DNA of 64,000 bases. Source: Scyliorhinus canicula. Taxonomy: Eukaryota. Below are positions 1 to 12,599 of the stretch, piece after piece (within the stretch, counting starts at the first letter, position 1; every line of letters starts with the position of its first letter). The stretch covers positions 13,512,546 through 13,576,545 of the forward strand of contig NC_052158.1 in the NCBI RefSeq assembly GCF_902713615.1. The letters are read 5' to 3'. The notes under the pieces were generated by a model. That model worked only from the letters and a program-made list of their open reading frames with translations, was not told the DNA's origin and did not search any database. The position numbers were made by a program, and so were the translations under genes.

Positions 1-35
1 TCAGCCATAATATAATCTTATGGCAGAGATGATTC

Positions 36-87
36 GTGATTTCGAAAGGCCTCCTTCTCTTCCTAATTCTGTTCTCCTTGCGATGTG
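36..87 (+). CDS. Gene A candidate signal-peptide exon (reads (V)ISKGLLLFLILFSLRC, phase-1 donor); no in-frame ATG
   Basis: Hydrophobic frame ends at G87 followed by GTCAGT donor; splicing to 959 gives ...LLLFLILFSLRC-AAAIA-DVKVTQ, a good signal peptide. In-frame TGA at 30-32; ATGs at 20 and 29 are in another frame. Confidence 0.6.
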
Positions 88-958
88 GTCAGTTATGGAG
101 CCGACGTCACCAGAACTGTAGCCTGAATGTTATCAGATCCCACACCCTTTGCCCATTCCAGATTTTCAGCAATTCCTTGATAATAGGTGGAATGAGCCCT
201 GATAGCTGAAGTAGTATATGCGATTGCGTCAACATCAGTGTTACGCAGCGATGGATCATCCACTCAGCTTATCGCGTTGAAGATGGCTAGAAATTCATCC
301 ACGCTAACACTCACGTGCTGGATTCTTCGTTGTTGGAGATGGTGGACACTTATGGAGCTTCCTCCTACATTTAATTGTTTAAGTACCAACAAACAGGAAT
401 GGGTTTGGCAGGACTGCAGAGATGTTATGTGATCCGTTGGTTTTGGGTTGCTAATTATTATTAACACTTTGCTTTTTGTATTTGGCTTTCATGTGTTGTA
501 TCGACACCAGGTTGGTATCGGATCTTTAGGGCTGTCTGGTGCTGTCCCTGGCATGTTCTCCGCCACTTCTCATTAAATTGGTAACGGAATGCCAGGTCGT
601 TTCTGTGGATACCGGCAGTCCTTGCACATTAACAGTCCCTTGACCGACTCAGTGGGCGTCAAGGAAATGAGAAGTTCCATGTGCGACTTATCAGTGAAAT
701 TGGATAGGATGCTGATCCCCCGACATTGCACCTCAGGTTTAATGGCTCCAAGGGAAAAAAATAACTGTCCGCACCAAAATGGTTCATGGCAGGAAACTCT
801 GGTCATCTTGTCACGGACTTTCAGGGGATGTAAGTGGGTAGTCGTTGTTGGAATTCGAAATTAGTTGCATTTGAATTGTTTGCAAGGTGTCAGTACAAGT
901 AATCTGAAATGCGGAGTTGATTTCTCTAACAAAGATCATTGGTGTCTCTGTTTTACAG

Positions 959-1297
959 CTGCTGCTATTGCTGATGTCAAAGTAACTCAAAGTCCAGGAA
1001 ATATCGAAATAACCGAAGGGCAGGAGTTTCAAATCTCCTGCACGTTTACTCCGTTTAGCATCAAACTTTACGCAATCACCTGGTCCAAGGCAGTAATAGG
1101 TTCTCAAAACTGTAAAGTTACGAACACGTCTGAAGAATTTATTGGGCGAGTATTGTATAAACACGATAAAGTGTCAAAATCCAGTCAACTTATAGTCATG
1201 GACACAAAACAGAATGATTTTGGGATATATTATTGTGAAGTGCAAGTCATGAATGCTGGCAATGGAAGTGGAAAGGGCACACGGGTAACAGTCAACG
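959..1297 (+). CDS. Gene A Ig V-set exon, germline V-J joined, NKp30/NCR3-like
   Basis: Acceptor ttttacag at 951-958, donor GTACGT at 1298, phase 1-1, 339 bp. V motifs VTQSP, ISC, ITW, DFGIYYC and J-like GKGTRVTV; KVTNTSEEFIGRV and YYCEVQVMNAGNGSGKGTRVTV parallel human NKp30 EVRNGTPEFRGRL and YVCRVEVLGLGVGTGNGTRLVV (recalled). Confidence 0.9.
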
Positions 1298-2589
1298 GTA
1301 CGTGGCTATTCTGCTAATTTCTGGCTTTCTTTGCATCTATTCTTTCCAATAACGGATCATCCTACTTCCTCTTCCAACATCCATTCTGTAATTCCGAAAT
1401 AAGAGTCATGAAGAGCATTTATAAATATTGAATCTGTGTAGATTAATTCTCATTTAGTCGACTATAAACCTAATAATCTGCTTATTATGAACACTACAAA
1501 AGGATGAATTTCAGTGTTGAATCCATATTCATTTGGAGCATAGGTTTAAATGTGTAAATCGATTAATCATATTTGAAACTTCCTGAGAATTTGAATCTAT
1601 CTGTACAGATTGCCGTTTTAACACAATTTACCGTGTATGAATAATAGAGCCCAACTATTTTAGTTAACTTAATTCTCTCTGAATTGTATTCTACTTTGAA
1701 CCTAAGTTCAGTGAAATCCTCCAAAAACACAACAATACGTTACACCTGCATTCCGATAACACACAGCGGAAATATGCGTGCCCCGCCATACTACAATAAC
1801 CAATAGGCTTGTTGTTGAAACACCTAAACATACAACATAGGATCAGGAGGAGGACATTTAACCCTTTAAGGCTGCTCCGCCGTTCATTATGATCATAGCT
1901 GATCATCCAACTCAATAGCCTATTCCCACTTTCCCCCATATACCTTGATCCCATTCGTCCTAATTGCTATATCTAACTGCTTCTTCTGAAACCTACTGGC
2001 CGAAATATCGGGCAGAAGCAAGAACATCCGCTCCAATGAGTGGCGGAAATACCGCCCATCCCTCGTTGTTGAGCACCATAGAGCTTTCTGGCGTCAGGGC
2101 TGGTCGGAATCAAATGACGTAGTTTCCAGGGGACATTGCATCGCCACTAGTGAATCAACCCATTGGTTTTAATTCCTCAAACTCCATGGGCAAGGGATTC
2201 GCTGCAAGGGAACTTTGGGACGACTGAAGCCATCTCGATTGCCGTCACAAATACTATTTCATGACCGTTGTCTCAGTTGCTGGTAATTGTTTCAACTGAG
2301 TAAGACATTTTTCAATCTTGGTGCCTTATTTGACGACAAGTTTAGTTTTCGTTTGTACATTTGTGTTATCACCAAGATTGTTTATTTCTACCTCCTTTAT
2401 ATCCCGTTTAATCTACCTTAACTTCTCTTCCAATGAAATCCTCATCCATTTGTAAATTACCTGTCGATTTGATTATCCCAATTCATGCAATTATTCCTTC
2501 TGCAAAATCGCGTGTTCACCTGAAACATGAATTACTTTTCATAACTTGTCTTGCTCGCTATCTTATTCACCAATCATTCCAGAAAAATA

Positions 2590-4846
2590 GAAACCAAAGT
2601 TGGAAGGCAGAGGAAACGGGGGCCAGAGAAAAATTATATGTAAAGATGTTGAGAAGACAAGTCTCAAGTCACAGTATGTGAATACACGTATGATGCGCAA
2701 TATGGTAGAGGAATTTACTAAGCAAATTGGGACGCACAGGAATTATATTTTTGTAATTACGAAGATATGGCTGCACGGTGATCAAGACTGGGTATTGATT
2801 ATCCAATGGTATTCAATATTTATGAAAGACTGAAAAAAGGGAAAGGGGGGTGGTGTGATTATGTTAGTTTTGAATGATATCATTGCAATAGTGGGGTAAA
2901 AGCGACACAAGAAATGTAAGCCAACCACCGTTCACGAAAGAGGAGTCCTATAAAGCTGCCAGAAACAGAGCATATCTAAGGATTAGTAGAAGGTCGATAT
3001 TTTGTAAAGGAAGAAAACGAGATTAATTAAGAGAGGTAAATAGTGAATGGGAGTAAACTTTCAAGGAACATAACCGTGCCATTTTAAATATATTAACAGA
3101 AAAAGACACAGGAAGAGAAATGCAAGTCCTACGTTCCATAACAGGATACTTTATAACAGAAGAAAGGAAATGGCAGAGCAAATAAACAACAACTCTCCTT
3201 CTCTCTTCACGTAGGAAGAAAGAAATCACTTCCCAGAAACGCAAAGGAATCAAAGGTCTCGTGAGAAGGAGGGATTGGAGGAAAGTGTTATTACTAGAAA
3301 AATACTGTTGGGGAAATTAATGGGACTCTAAGCTGATAAATCAGCAGGACCTGATAATCTACATTCCGGGATACTACAGGTGGTGGCCATGGAAATAGGC
3401 CTTGCTTGTCGTCAAAAATCCTGTAGATTCTGGTACAGTCCCAACAGATTGTAGTGTCGCAAATGTAATCCTGCTATTTTGTTTAAATACTGCTAGGGTA
3501 AACAAGGAATTACAGACCGGTAATCCTGACCTGGCATCAGGAGCCGGGAAAATGTTTGAGTCTATTTTATAAAGGATGCAACAAAAGGACACTTCGAAAA
3601 TATCAAAATGATTAAACAACGTCAACATATATATATGATGTTTGACGAACATACTGTAGATGTTTGAGGATATAATTAGTAAGATACATAAGTATGAATC
3701 AATGGATGTGATGAATTTGGATTTTAAGAAGGGGTTTGACAAAGTCCCACAAAAGAGGTTAATATTCAAAATGAAAGCCCGCGGGGTTGAGGGTATTATA
3801 TTGGCACAGGTTAAAAAGTAGCAGTCAGGAAACAGAGGAGGAATAAATCAGTATTTTTCGAAACGACAGCCAGTGACGAGTGTGATGGCGCGGGGTTCAA
3901 TGCATGGCCCTAGTTATTCACAATATACATGAATGATTTGAATGAGGGAACCATAAATAATCTTTCCAATTTTGTTGATGACACATGTTCGTGCTAAGGA
4001 GGATACTAAGAGGGTCCAAAGTAATTTAGACAAGCTAAGTGAGTGGAAAATACGTGGCAGATGCAGCATTACGTCGATAAATGTGAAGTATCCACTTCAT
4101 ATGGAGAAGCAGAATGGCAAAGCATTATTTGAGCGCTGATAAATTGGGAAATGTTGAACTACAAATGCACCTGGGCGATCTAGTACATGAAACCATTCAA
4201 AACAAGCATAAAGGTGCAGGAAGCAGTTAGGAAACAACTAACATGTTGACCTTCATTGCAAGAGGACTTGAGTGCAGGAGCAAGAATGTATTACTGCAGC
4301 TGTACAGGGTTTTGGTGATACGACACCTAGAATGTGGTGTGCTGTTTTGGTATCGTTATCCAAGAACATAGTGGGAGTGCCCTGAACATTAACTGGACTG
4401 ATTCCTGGATTGGCAGGATAGCTGTATGAGGAGAGATTTGGGTCACGCGGTCGTTTTTCACTGGAATGTAGATGAATGAGAGTCGATATAATTGAAGCAT
4501 GTAAAAATTGAAAAAGAATTGGGCAGATTGGATACAGGGATGTTGTTTTCTCTGGTTGGCGGGTGTAGAACAAGGTGTCACAATCTCAGGATACGATTAA
4601 ACGATTTAGGACTGATATAACGAGATACGTTTTCTTTCAGAGGATGGTTAACATGTGGAATATCGACCACAGGAAGCTGTGGGGACAAAGTCACTGAATA
4701 TATTTAAGACGGAAATAGATATATATCTAGATTGTAGGGATGCCCACGGATATGGGGAGACAGCTGGATTATAGTGTTGGGATAGAGGACCGGCCATTAC
4801 CATGTTTAGGCTCGAATGGCCTAATCCTGCTGCTATGTTTATATGC
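2590..4846 (+). mobile_element. Old CR1-type LINE remnant in gene A intron 2
   Basis: Degenerate RT motifs (ggacctgataatctacattcc; gattttaagaaggggtttgacaaagtccc; tttgttgatgacaca) and CR1 3' end ctaatcctgctgctatgttt. Confidence 0.75.
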
Positions 4847-5468
4847 TCCATTAATAATTATTATCTTTATTATTGTCACAACCAGGCTTACATTAACACT
4901 GCAATGAAGTTAACGCCGTGCGAAGATGACAGAAACGTTCTTCTATCGTCGTTGCTCTTCTTCATGCTTGTCAAAGTCTATATGACTTTTTTGTTTTATT
5001 TCAAATCGATAACGATTAAAGGTGTAACCTTGACTTGGTGTTGATACGCAAATGTGCACGCACACGAATCTACTCATCGGCAGATCTATCAGAAATTCAA
5101 GACATGGATATGGAGTTATATTTCATATCACAGCTCTTTCGCCAGTTATCTCTTCGATCATTCCAAGATCATTGAATTAGGACTGATGTCGTGATTGTGC
5201 AACAGGGCGGACCGTAAATTTCCCTCAGGTGTGTGGATAACCCTACGCACAGTTTGTAACACGCACCCTCAGGTCGATTAATTCACACAATCACATGTAA
5301 CTCGGCAGAACGCAAAAGATCCCCAACAAATAAAATGTAACTGAAAGGTAAACTAAATGCTTAAAAAAAGTCGTTTTAATAATTTTATAATGACCCAAGG
5401 AGTTGGTGTTCAGTTCATTAAAACAATCGAGTGGATGTCATTATTACCAATCGTTTCTTAATCCCCAG

Positions 5469-5603
5469 GTGTGAACGACAGCAAGAAGAAAGTGTCTGCT
5501 GCAAAGCGCAAATTGACCGCTTTATCTTCATCGCTGGTGTTGATTATATTGCTGCTGCTCCTAATCACAATTCTTATTGTTTTGCGCCGCAGAAAGAGTC
5601 AAG
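5469..5603 (+). CDS. Gene A stalk/transmembrane exon (GVNDSKKKVSAAKRKLTALSSSLVLIILLLLLITILIVLRRRKSQ)
   Basis: Acceptor atccccag, donor GTAACT at 5604, 135 bp phase 1-1, uncharged ~23-aa TM followed by RRRK stop-transfer; same length as gene B TM exon. Confidence 0.88.
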
Positions 5604-7100
5604 GTAACTGTTATATGCATTATGGTGGCGTTAAGTGAACGGATATATTGAGCGTTAAAAGCATTATTGGATGGAAACGCGTGAGTTCTGCTAGGTATTA
5701 ACTGCCTCGTATCACAAAGAAAGAGAGAGTTTGTCTCATTCCAGCCAAATCGTCTGTGACCATGACAGAGATATAACTTTATACTGGAGTTTCCGGAACT
5801 GATGACTTCTTAAGCCCACTTTCTAATAATGAAATGCGTTTAAAGCGCAATGCACTGTCAGGAGGTTGACAAGGCAAGCTGCAGAAGCAAGAATGAAATC
5901 ACGATAAGAACATTTATTTCCGGGCTGTTGTCTCATTGATCAATATTGGCTGTGGCACGAGGTGGGGTGGGGGCGCGGGATTCACTTGTTCGTTCGCGTT
6001 GTATTGATGGTTGATCGTTCACTTTCAGATTAAAATCTCCTAGCCTAAAACGGACTTTCTAGAGTCCGATTCATCCCCTTCCAAATACAGCGCCTGCGTC
6101 ATTGGAGCGCCTCTTCTGCAGCGTCAGACTGTGTGTTCAAAGTTGTGGAGTGGGGTTTGAGCTCCAAAGCTTCTTACTCGGAGGCAAATATGATAACATT
6201 GACAAATGGCCCAAGGAGGCAGGTAGCCGAATATGGCACAAGCTGACAGCAGTGCAAGCCTTGCAGACAGCCTCCAAAATAAGCAGCAAATAATTAGTTT
6301 ACACATATGCCTAATGTTTGGCCATCAGCTTACGGAGCACTGCTGTTCTAATTATATACATACATAAAGCTGAGTGTTTGTAGAATAACTTGCAGTGAAG
6401 CGCCATAATACCTTTAGAGCTAATAAGTAGATGGTAACTGATTAGCCAATATTTAGTTGAGGAATGCGCTGAAATTGTGTTTCTTTCCTGTTTTATATAT
6501 ACTTTTATCGGATGCGGCTGTCACCTGTAAACCCAGCATTTGTTGCTAATAGGGATTGCCTTTGGGGAGGTGGTAACGAACCAATATCGTCCATCGCCTT
6601 TCCCCCACCTGTTTGGTCCAACTGAACAGATTAGCAGGCCACTTCCGGTCATAGTCCAACACATTGCTGTGGGTCCGCGGCCATCTGAGGAGAATATCGA
6701 GTAAGACCGATCCCAGGAGACATTATTGCACCGGACGGGGCTTGGCCCCCGTCGGTGGTTTCATGGCCATCATTATTGAGACAAGCTTTCAATTCCGGAA
6801 TTATTTAATAATTCAATTTGTATTCTACCAGCTGCCTCGTTGGAATGTGGACTTTTGTCCCGAGTAATAAACCCTGGCTGTGGACTAAAGGCCAGTATAA
6901 TGTCCTATTGTCCAGCATTCCGGCCAGGTTGCCTGTAGCTCACGTGATAGCACAAAGGTTGGCCATTCAAGTCCGACTACATATTTTACATTTTGGCTTC
7001 CTACCTTTATTCGGCGATAAATTCATGTAAATGATAAGCTGATTGCTTCATTCCATTTACTTTATTCACCGCATATATCTTTATCTCAAACATTTTCCAG

Positions 7101-7132
7101 ATAGAACATCAAGAACTGGAAATGAAGAACAG
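7101..7132 (+). CDS. Gene A short cytoplasmic exon (DRTSRTGNEEQ)
   Basis: Acceptor cattttccag, donor GTAAGA at 7133, 32 bp, phase 1 to 0, joins the TM exon to the ITIM exon in frame. Confidence 0.8.
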
Positions 7133-7655
7133 GTAAGAATGATAGACCACGTTAGAGGAGACATATTTATTGTTTTAACGAACTGTTACTCTTGATGAAA
7201 GTCAGGGATGAAATGTCAACACATAAAAGGCATTGGGTTAAAACGCAGATTGCGAGTTCCGTAGCCCAATCATCTCAATTATCATTCTAAGTGGATTTCA
7301 GAAAATGTTCGTTCTAAAAGATGCTGCATCCTCTTTATAATGTCCAGTGTCTGGTCCCCTCCAAGTGTGTATTTTAAAAGAGAAAATTAACACGTAAACA
7401 CATTATTAATCGATAATCACATGTTCTTCCGATCGCTAATTAGTCCCTTTACTCCAAGTACATTCCCGCGATATTTTTAAATTGCGGAACAAGAAGCGTT
7501 ATCAGCACTGAGGAGGTTAGTCTTGCAGTTCAAGTGAACGTGGTTGGAGCGTGGTGCAATGAGTGGTTTGTGGTAGATGAAAATGATTTCAGTGAAGTGT
7601 GAGTCAATGCCATTCGATTGGAAATTGGAGGAGACGCCTACAAGCTTAAAAGCAG

Positions 7656-7957
7656 GGTGGTACGGTAGCACAGTGGTTAGCACTGTTGCTTCACAGCGCC
7701 AGGGACCTGGTTTCGGTTCCCGCTAGGGACACTCTGTGCGAAACAAGCATGTTCTCCCCCTGTTTGCGTGTGTTTCCTCCAGGTGCTCCGGTTTCCTCCC
7801 ACAAGTCCGGAAAGACGTGCTGTTAGGTGGATTGGATATTCTGAATTTTCCTTCTGTGTACCCGAACAAGCGCTGGAATGTGGCGACTAGGGGCTTTCCA
7901 CCGTAATTTCATTGCCGTGTTAATGTAAGCCAACTTGTGAGAAGAAAGATTATTATT
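7656..7957 (+). mobile_element. tRNA-derived V-SINE/HE1-related SINE
   Basis: A/B-box head ggtagcacagtggttagc...ggttcccg, V-domain gtttcctccaggtgctccggtttcctcccaca, simple-repeat tail. Confidence 0.8.
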
Positions 7958-10900
7958 TTTAATAGTGCAGTTTTTGAAGGCTAAATATTTGGAGTTATCG
8001 ACCCCAGAAAGCTTTGGAGGCTCGGTTATTTAGTATGTCAAAGCAGAGATCGTTAGATTCTGCGCATTAAAGGCATCAAGGGATGTGGGGATAATGCGAG
8101 AAAATGGCTCTGAAGTAGATCAATATTAATCTAATTGAATGGCGCATCAGGCTCTAGTGGCCGAATGTTCTATTCCTGCAAATATTTCCTAAGTTTGCAT
8201 GCAAGGACAGATCTAAAGTGCTTAGCTCTAGTATAAAAGTATGAAAAGGCAGGTGATCCAGCACTTGCAATATTGAGTACTGTAAATAGAGACGTACAAT
8301 ACTAAAAGCAGACAGTTGTATTAAACTCGCGTGACATACAACATACCGAGTGGAAAAAAGCAAACAAACGCCAATGTCAGGTGTCAATGACCCAACACAG
8401 CACAAAGCCCGCAGGAGTATGGAAAATGCAGGGTGAAATTAAAAACAAAGGAATACACATTGAGAACAACACTACGAAGTACAGAGGCCATAGTGACTTG
8501 CAAGTTAACGGATATGGACGTCTGAAGTTGAGAGGAGAAGGTAACAAGGCTATGCTACTTTGCGTCTCTTGTATAGCTGCATTAACTTTGAAAGCAGGAA
8601 AGTCATGCTGCATAAAGCAATGATTATGCTACAGCTAGAGAACTGCGCCAGTTCTGGTCGCTATATTTCGGAAGACGGAAAGAATAACTGGAAATGCGTG
8701 GAGGAGATTTACAAGAATAGTTCCAGCGATGAATGAATACAGCTACAGTGTTAGGTTGCAGAATTTGGGGCTGTTCTTCTTGGAGCAATGGTGACTGTGC
8801 GGACTTGCTAGGTTTAGATCAGAGGGACAAAAGAAAAGCCTGTCCCTGTCAGCTGATGGTACAATGACTTGTTGGGGGGGGGGGGGGGGGCGGGGGGGGG
8901 CAGGTTTTAAGTTTTGGGCGAGAGAGGAACAAGGGGCTAGAAAGCAAAACTTCCTTACGCAGTGAGTGGTTGCGATCTAGAAATTGTGAGGAAAGGAAAT
9001 AACAAGGCCAATTATAGACCGAAAAGTTAACATGCGCCTGGAGATAAAAGACATGGACATGGATGATAATGCACACTTTCCACCTGTATTTATCTGAGAA
9101 ATAATGTAGACAATGGAGGTAAGGAGGCAAACCCGAACAATGCCATGATATGAACGTAGTGAGGAAGAGTAACCTATTTATCGGACACGTCACCAGGCCC
9201 ATGTGAAACGTAACCCTGGGTTATAAAGAACACCAGTAACAACAAGAGGCTGGAAAATCATTTTCCAGCATTGAATAGCTATCGGAGCGATGCTGTAGAA
9301 GAAAAACACTGTTAGCATGCACAGTTATTTCAAAAGGAAGGATGGGATGGACCAGTTACTTCCAGAAAACTAAGCCTAACCACACTGCTTCGCAAATTAC
9401 TCGAAACATTTCTGAGAGATGATATATATCCTCATTTAAGAAAGGCTGGGATCAATAAAGGATTGTTAACGTGGACTTCCAGTCTCTCTACACTTCTAAC
9501 GCCCAGGCCGGCCTGAGGGTATCCTTGATTTGGATTTATTTGGATTTGGGTTTATTGTCACGTGTACCGAGGTACCGTTAAAAGTATTGTGCTGTGTACA
9601 GTCCAGACAGCTCGTTTCATATATGGAAATCATTGGACATACAATAAATACACAATGTAAATACGTAGAGATAGACATCGAGTGAAGCATCCGGAGTGCA
9701 GAGCTACTCAGTAGAGAAGATGCGTGAAGAGATCAGTTCAACTAATTCCATCCAGCACCACCCCCTCTGCTTGACTGATATTCTCTCCTGCTATCGCCCT
9801 GAAATGGAAAAACTTCAACAAAATTGTTTTTAAAATTCACCCTTCTTCAGTTCTGACGTTCAGTCACGGTGGCCTGCCAGCTACAGCAATCCTCAAACAG
9901 TAGTGACGGGTTTCAAATTAAAGCCCGTTAAAGAGCAATAAGCCCCTACTTATATATACAACTGGAATCTTGTGAGAAGTGCAAGGGAACACCACTGTGT
10001 CACCACCCCCTGCAGGTGAGAGGGGATAGCCTATCGGTAGGAGGTCAGAATCTGTCATATTTCAGGCCTTTGAATAGCTCATTGGCTGCAAATGGCAAGG
10101 CTCCTGCTTTCCAATGTCGCATAGAAGAGATCCTAGATTCAGATATCGCTAATGGCCGCATGCAATGAACTTACTTCACTAACTCTGACAGACACGAAAG
10201 TGTCCCTCTGCCTCTTCATTAATATGTCCCTGTGCCACACTGCTACTAGTCTTAACGTGGGTTCTCCTGGTCTTCCGTAACCAAGGGTTAAAGAATGAAT
10301 GTAAAATGCTATAGGATATAGCATGAATAAATTGTAAACAACAATTTCTTAAACCTGGGGTAGATCATTCTTTCAAATTTCTCCACTTGCTAATAATATG
10401 TCCCATAGAATGTCTGTTTTTCCCATTATTTGTCATTTTCGAATTGAATTCATAAGGTTTCATGTTGTATTCAGTTCACTAATACACGGCAGCTCATGAA
10501 GTCTTTCTATATATGTACAGTCGGTTAAAGTAAACCCTAAGTAGATGGACGTTTTTCAAGTAGTTCTATGTAAGAAGTGTGCAGAGACTATTTAGGATTT
10601 ACTTTGTGATTTGCAGCACTGGCGCTGTTCTTTGTATGTAATAATAATAATAATAATAATCTTGATTGTCACAAGTAGCCTTACATTACCACTGCAATGA
10701 AGTTACTGTGAAAATCCCCTAGTCATCACATTCCGGTTCCTGTTCGGGTACACGGAGGGAGAATTTAGAATGTCCAAATTACCTTTTGTTACTTTTCTGA
10801 GGAAACCTGAGCACCCGGAGGTAACCCACACAGACGCAGGGAGAGCGTGCAGACTCTGCACAGTCGCCGTAATCCAATAATAGCACGGTGGAAACCTATG

Positions 10901-11515
10901 GAAAATGTTAGAAAGTTAGTCATAGTTCCTTATGGAATCAAAAAGTAGTAGAGCACGAACTTTTTAAGAATGCTTCGAACTAATGAAAATCAGTCCAAGG
11001 TCAAACGACTGATGAATGAAAACATCAAAGCACACTAAGTCTCAATTTCTGTCAAGGGCATTTGAATAGCATAGGAACATAGGAAACGAGTAGCCCATGT
11101 AGCACCTCGGGTCTGCCCCGCCATTCAATTATATCATGGCTGATCTGTGGCCCAACTCCCTATACCTGCTCTTGGGCCATGTCCCTGCTGACCAAAAATC
11201 TATCGATCTCAGATGTAACATTAACAGCTGTTCTCGCTTCAACTGTTGTTGGTGGGAGAGATTTCCAAACTTCTATCAACCTCGAGTGAAGACGTCCTTC
11301 CTAACATTTGATCTGAACGCTCTGGCCCTAATTTGTTGAAAATTTCAAATAGTTTAAAAATTCCATGTTGTAGGGCAGTGTACAGTAGAACGATGAATGC
11401 AAAAACAAATTCCTGCCGTGTGACGGTAACACAGGAATAGCACCCTTTTAATAAGCAACTGCAGCGTCAACTGTTCCAGGTCTTTTGTTCATTTTCAAAT
11501 TTCGTTTCGTTTCAG

Positions 11516-11692
11516 GTGGAAACACCGAACACTGTTGTTTATGCTAACCTGCGCATCGACAAATCCAAAAGGCATCGTCCGGGAAATCACATCAACGATC
11601 AAATTGCGGGGCCCCCCTTGCGGGCATATCACCGGGACGAAAACACAGTTGTATACGCAGCCATCCGTCCACCTCGTGGAAGACCGAATTGA
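11516..11692 (+). CDS. Gene A terminal coding exon with two ITIMs (VVYANL, VVYAAI)
   Basis: Acceptor ttcgtttcgtttcag, phase 0; VETPNTVVYANLRIDKSKRHRPGNHINDQIAGPPLRAYHRDENTVVYAAIRPPRGRPN-TGA; both motifs fit the (I/V/L/S)xYxx(L/V/I) ITIM consensus. Confidence 0.88.
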   Translation: METPNTVVYANLRIDKSKRHRPGNHINDQIAGPPLRAYHRDENTVVYAAIRPPRGRPN

Positions 11693-12292
11693 GGGAATGG
11701 GCGCCAGTGAGGATTCCTTATAAGATGTAAGAACTGGTAATTTGCGGGATGATCGCATCCGGTTGCACCAATTATGTCTCAGGCACAGACTCCGCAGTGT
11801 TCAATTCTAACTTCAATAGAAAGTGTAAAGTTCAATAACCCTTTCATTTTTATCCTGAAAGTTAAGGAGCACCGCAGTCAGCAACATGTTGTAACTAATT
11901 TTGGTACTAAAAAGTTGATAACTGCGCGGTCCTTTTTATTACTTTGCATTACATTTTAAGCATTATTTTAAGCATTACTACTATTGTACAAATAATGATC
12001 ACTTGTTTCATTCATATCGTCTTCCCAATTTCGCCCCATCACTCAAATCATTCTTTTCCCCAATTAACTAATCATCTAATTACCATGAGTTGTCCTGGAG
12101 ATACTGAGGAAGAGATATCCTTCAGATCGCTCTCCCGGGTTCCAAGGCGGTTGAATATGTCTGTGTTTGGTTTGGAGTATGATGTTGGCTCAGCTATAGT
12201 CCTTCAATCGGAATATTTCACTTAAGAAACATTCACAGATTTGCGTGGTTTAGCAGTAAGGTTCGAAAAAGAATATCTTCTGGCTCAATTCA

Positions 12293-12298
12293 AATAAA
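12293..12298 (+). promoter_or_regulatory. Candidate polyadenylation signal of gene A
   Basis: AATAAA about 600 nt downstream of the stop at 11692; not verified. Confidence 0.3.
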
Positions 12299-12599
12299 AT
12301 GATCTTCCGTCTCAGTGCCCTAGCCAATGTGCTACAGTGATATTCTCTATAAATATAGATTGCCATTGGAAGCAATTTGTTGGGTGAATTATTTTTGGAA
12401 ACCGGCGTGATGACACCGTAAACGGTGTCCTACATCATCACGCCCCAAAATTCGGTTGGCAAAGGAGGAAACGCTCCCGGTTGGTAGAATTCATCCCCTG
12501 ATATTTCATCCCACTTTGACGAAGGAAAATGCATGATGAAGTCTGTTGACTGCCGCGGTTCAAATAGCAGGGAAACTCACTGAAATCATCAGACCAGAA

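Noticed and set aside
340-383. Alternative gene A leader MELPPTFNCL
   Set aside because: Not hydrophobic enough; donor AA/GTACCA is weak.
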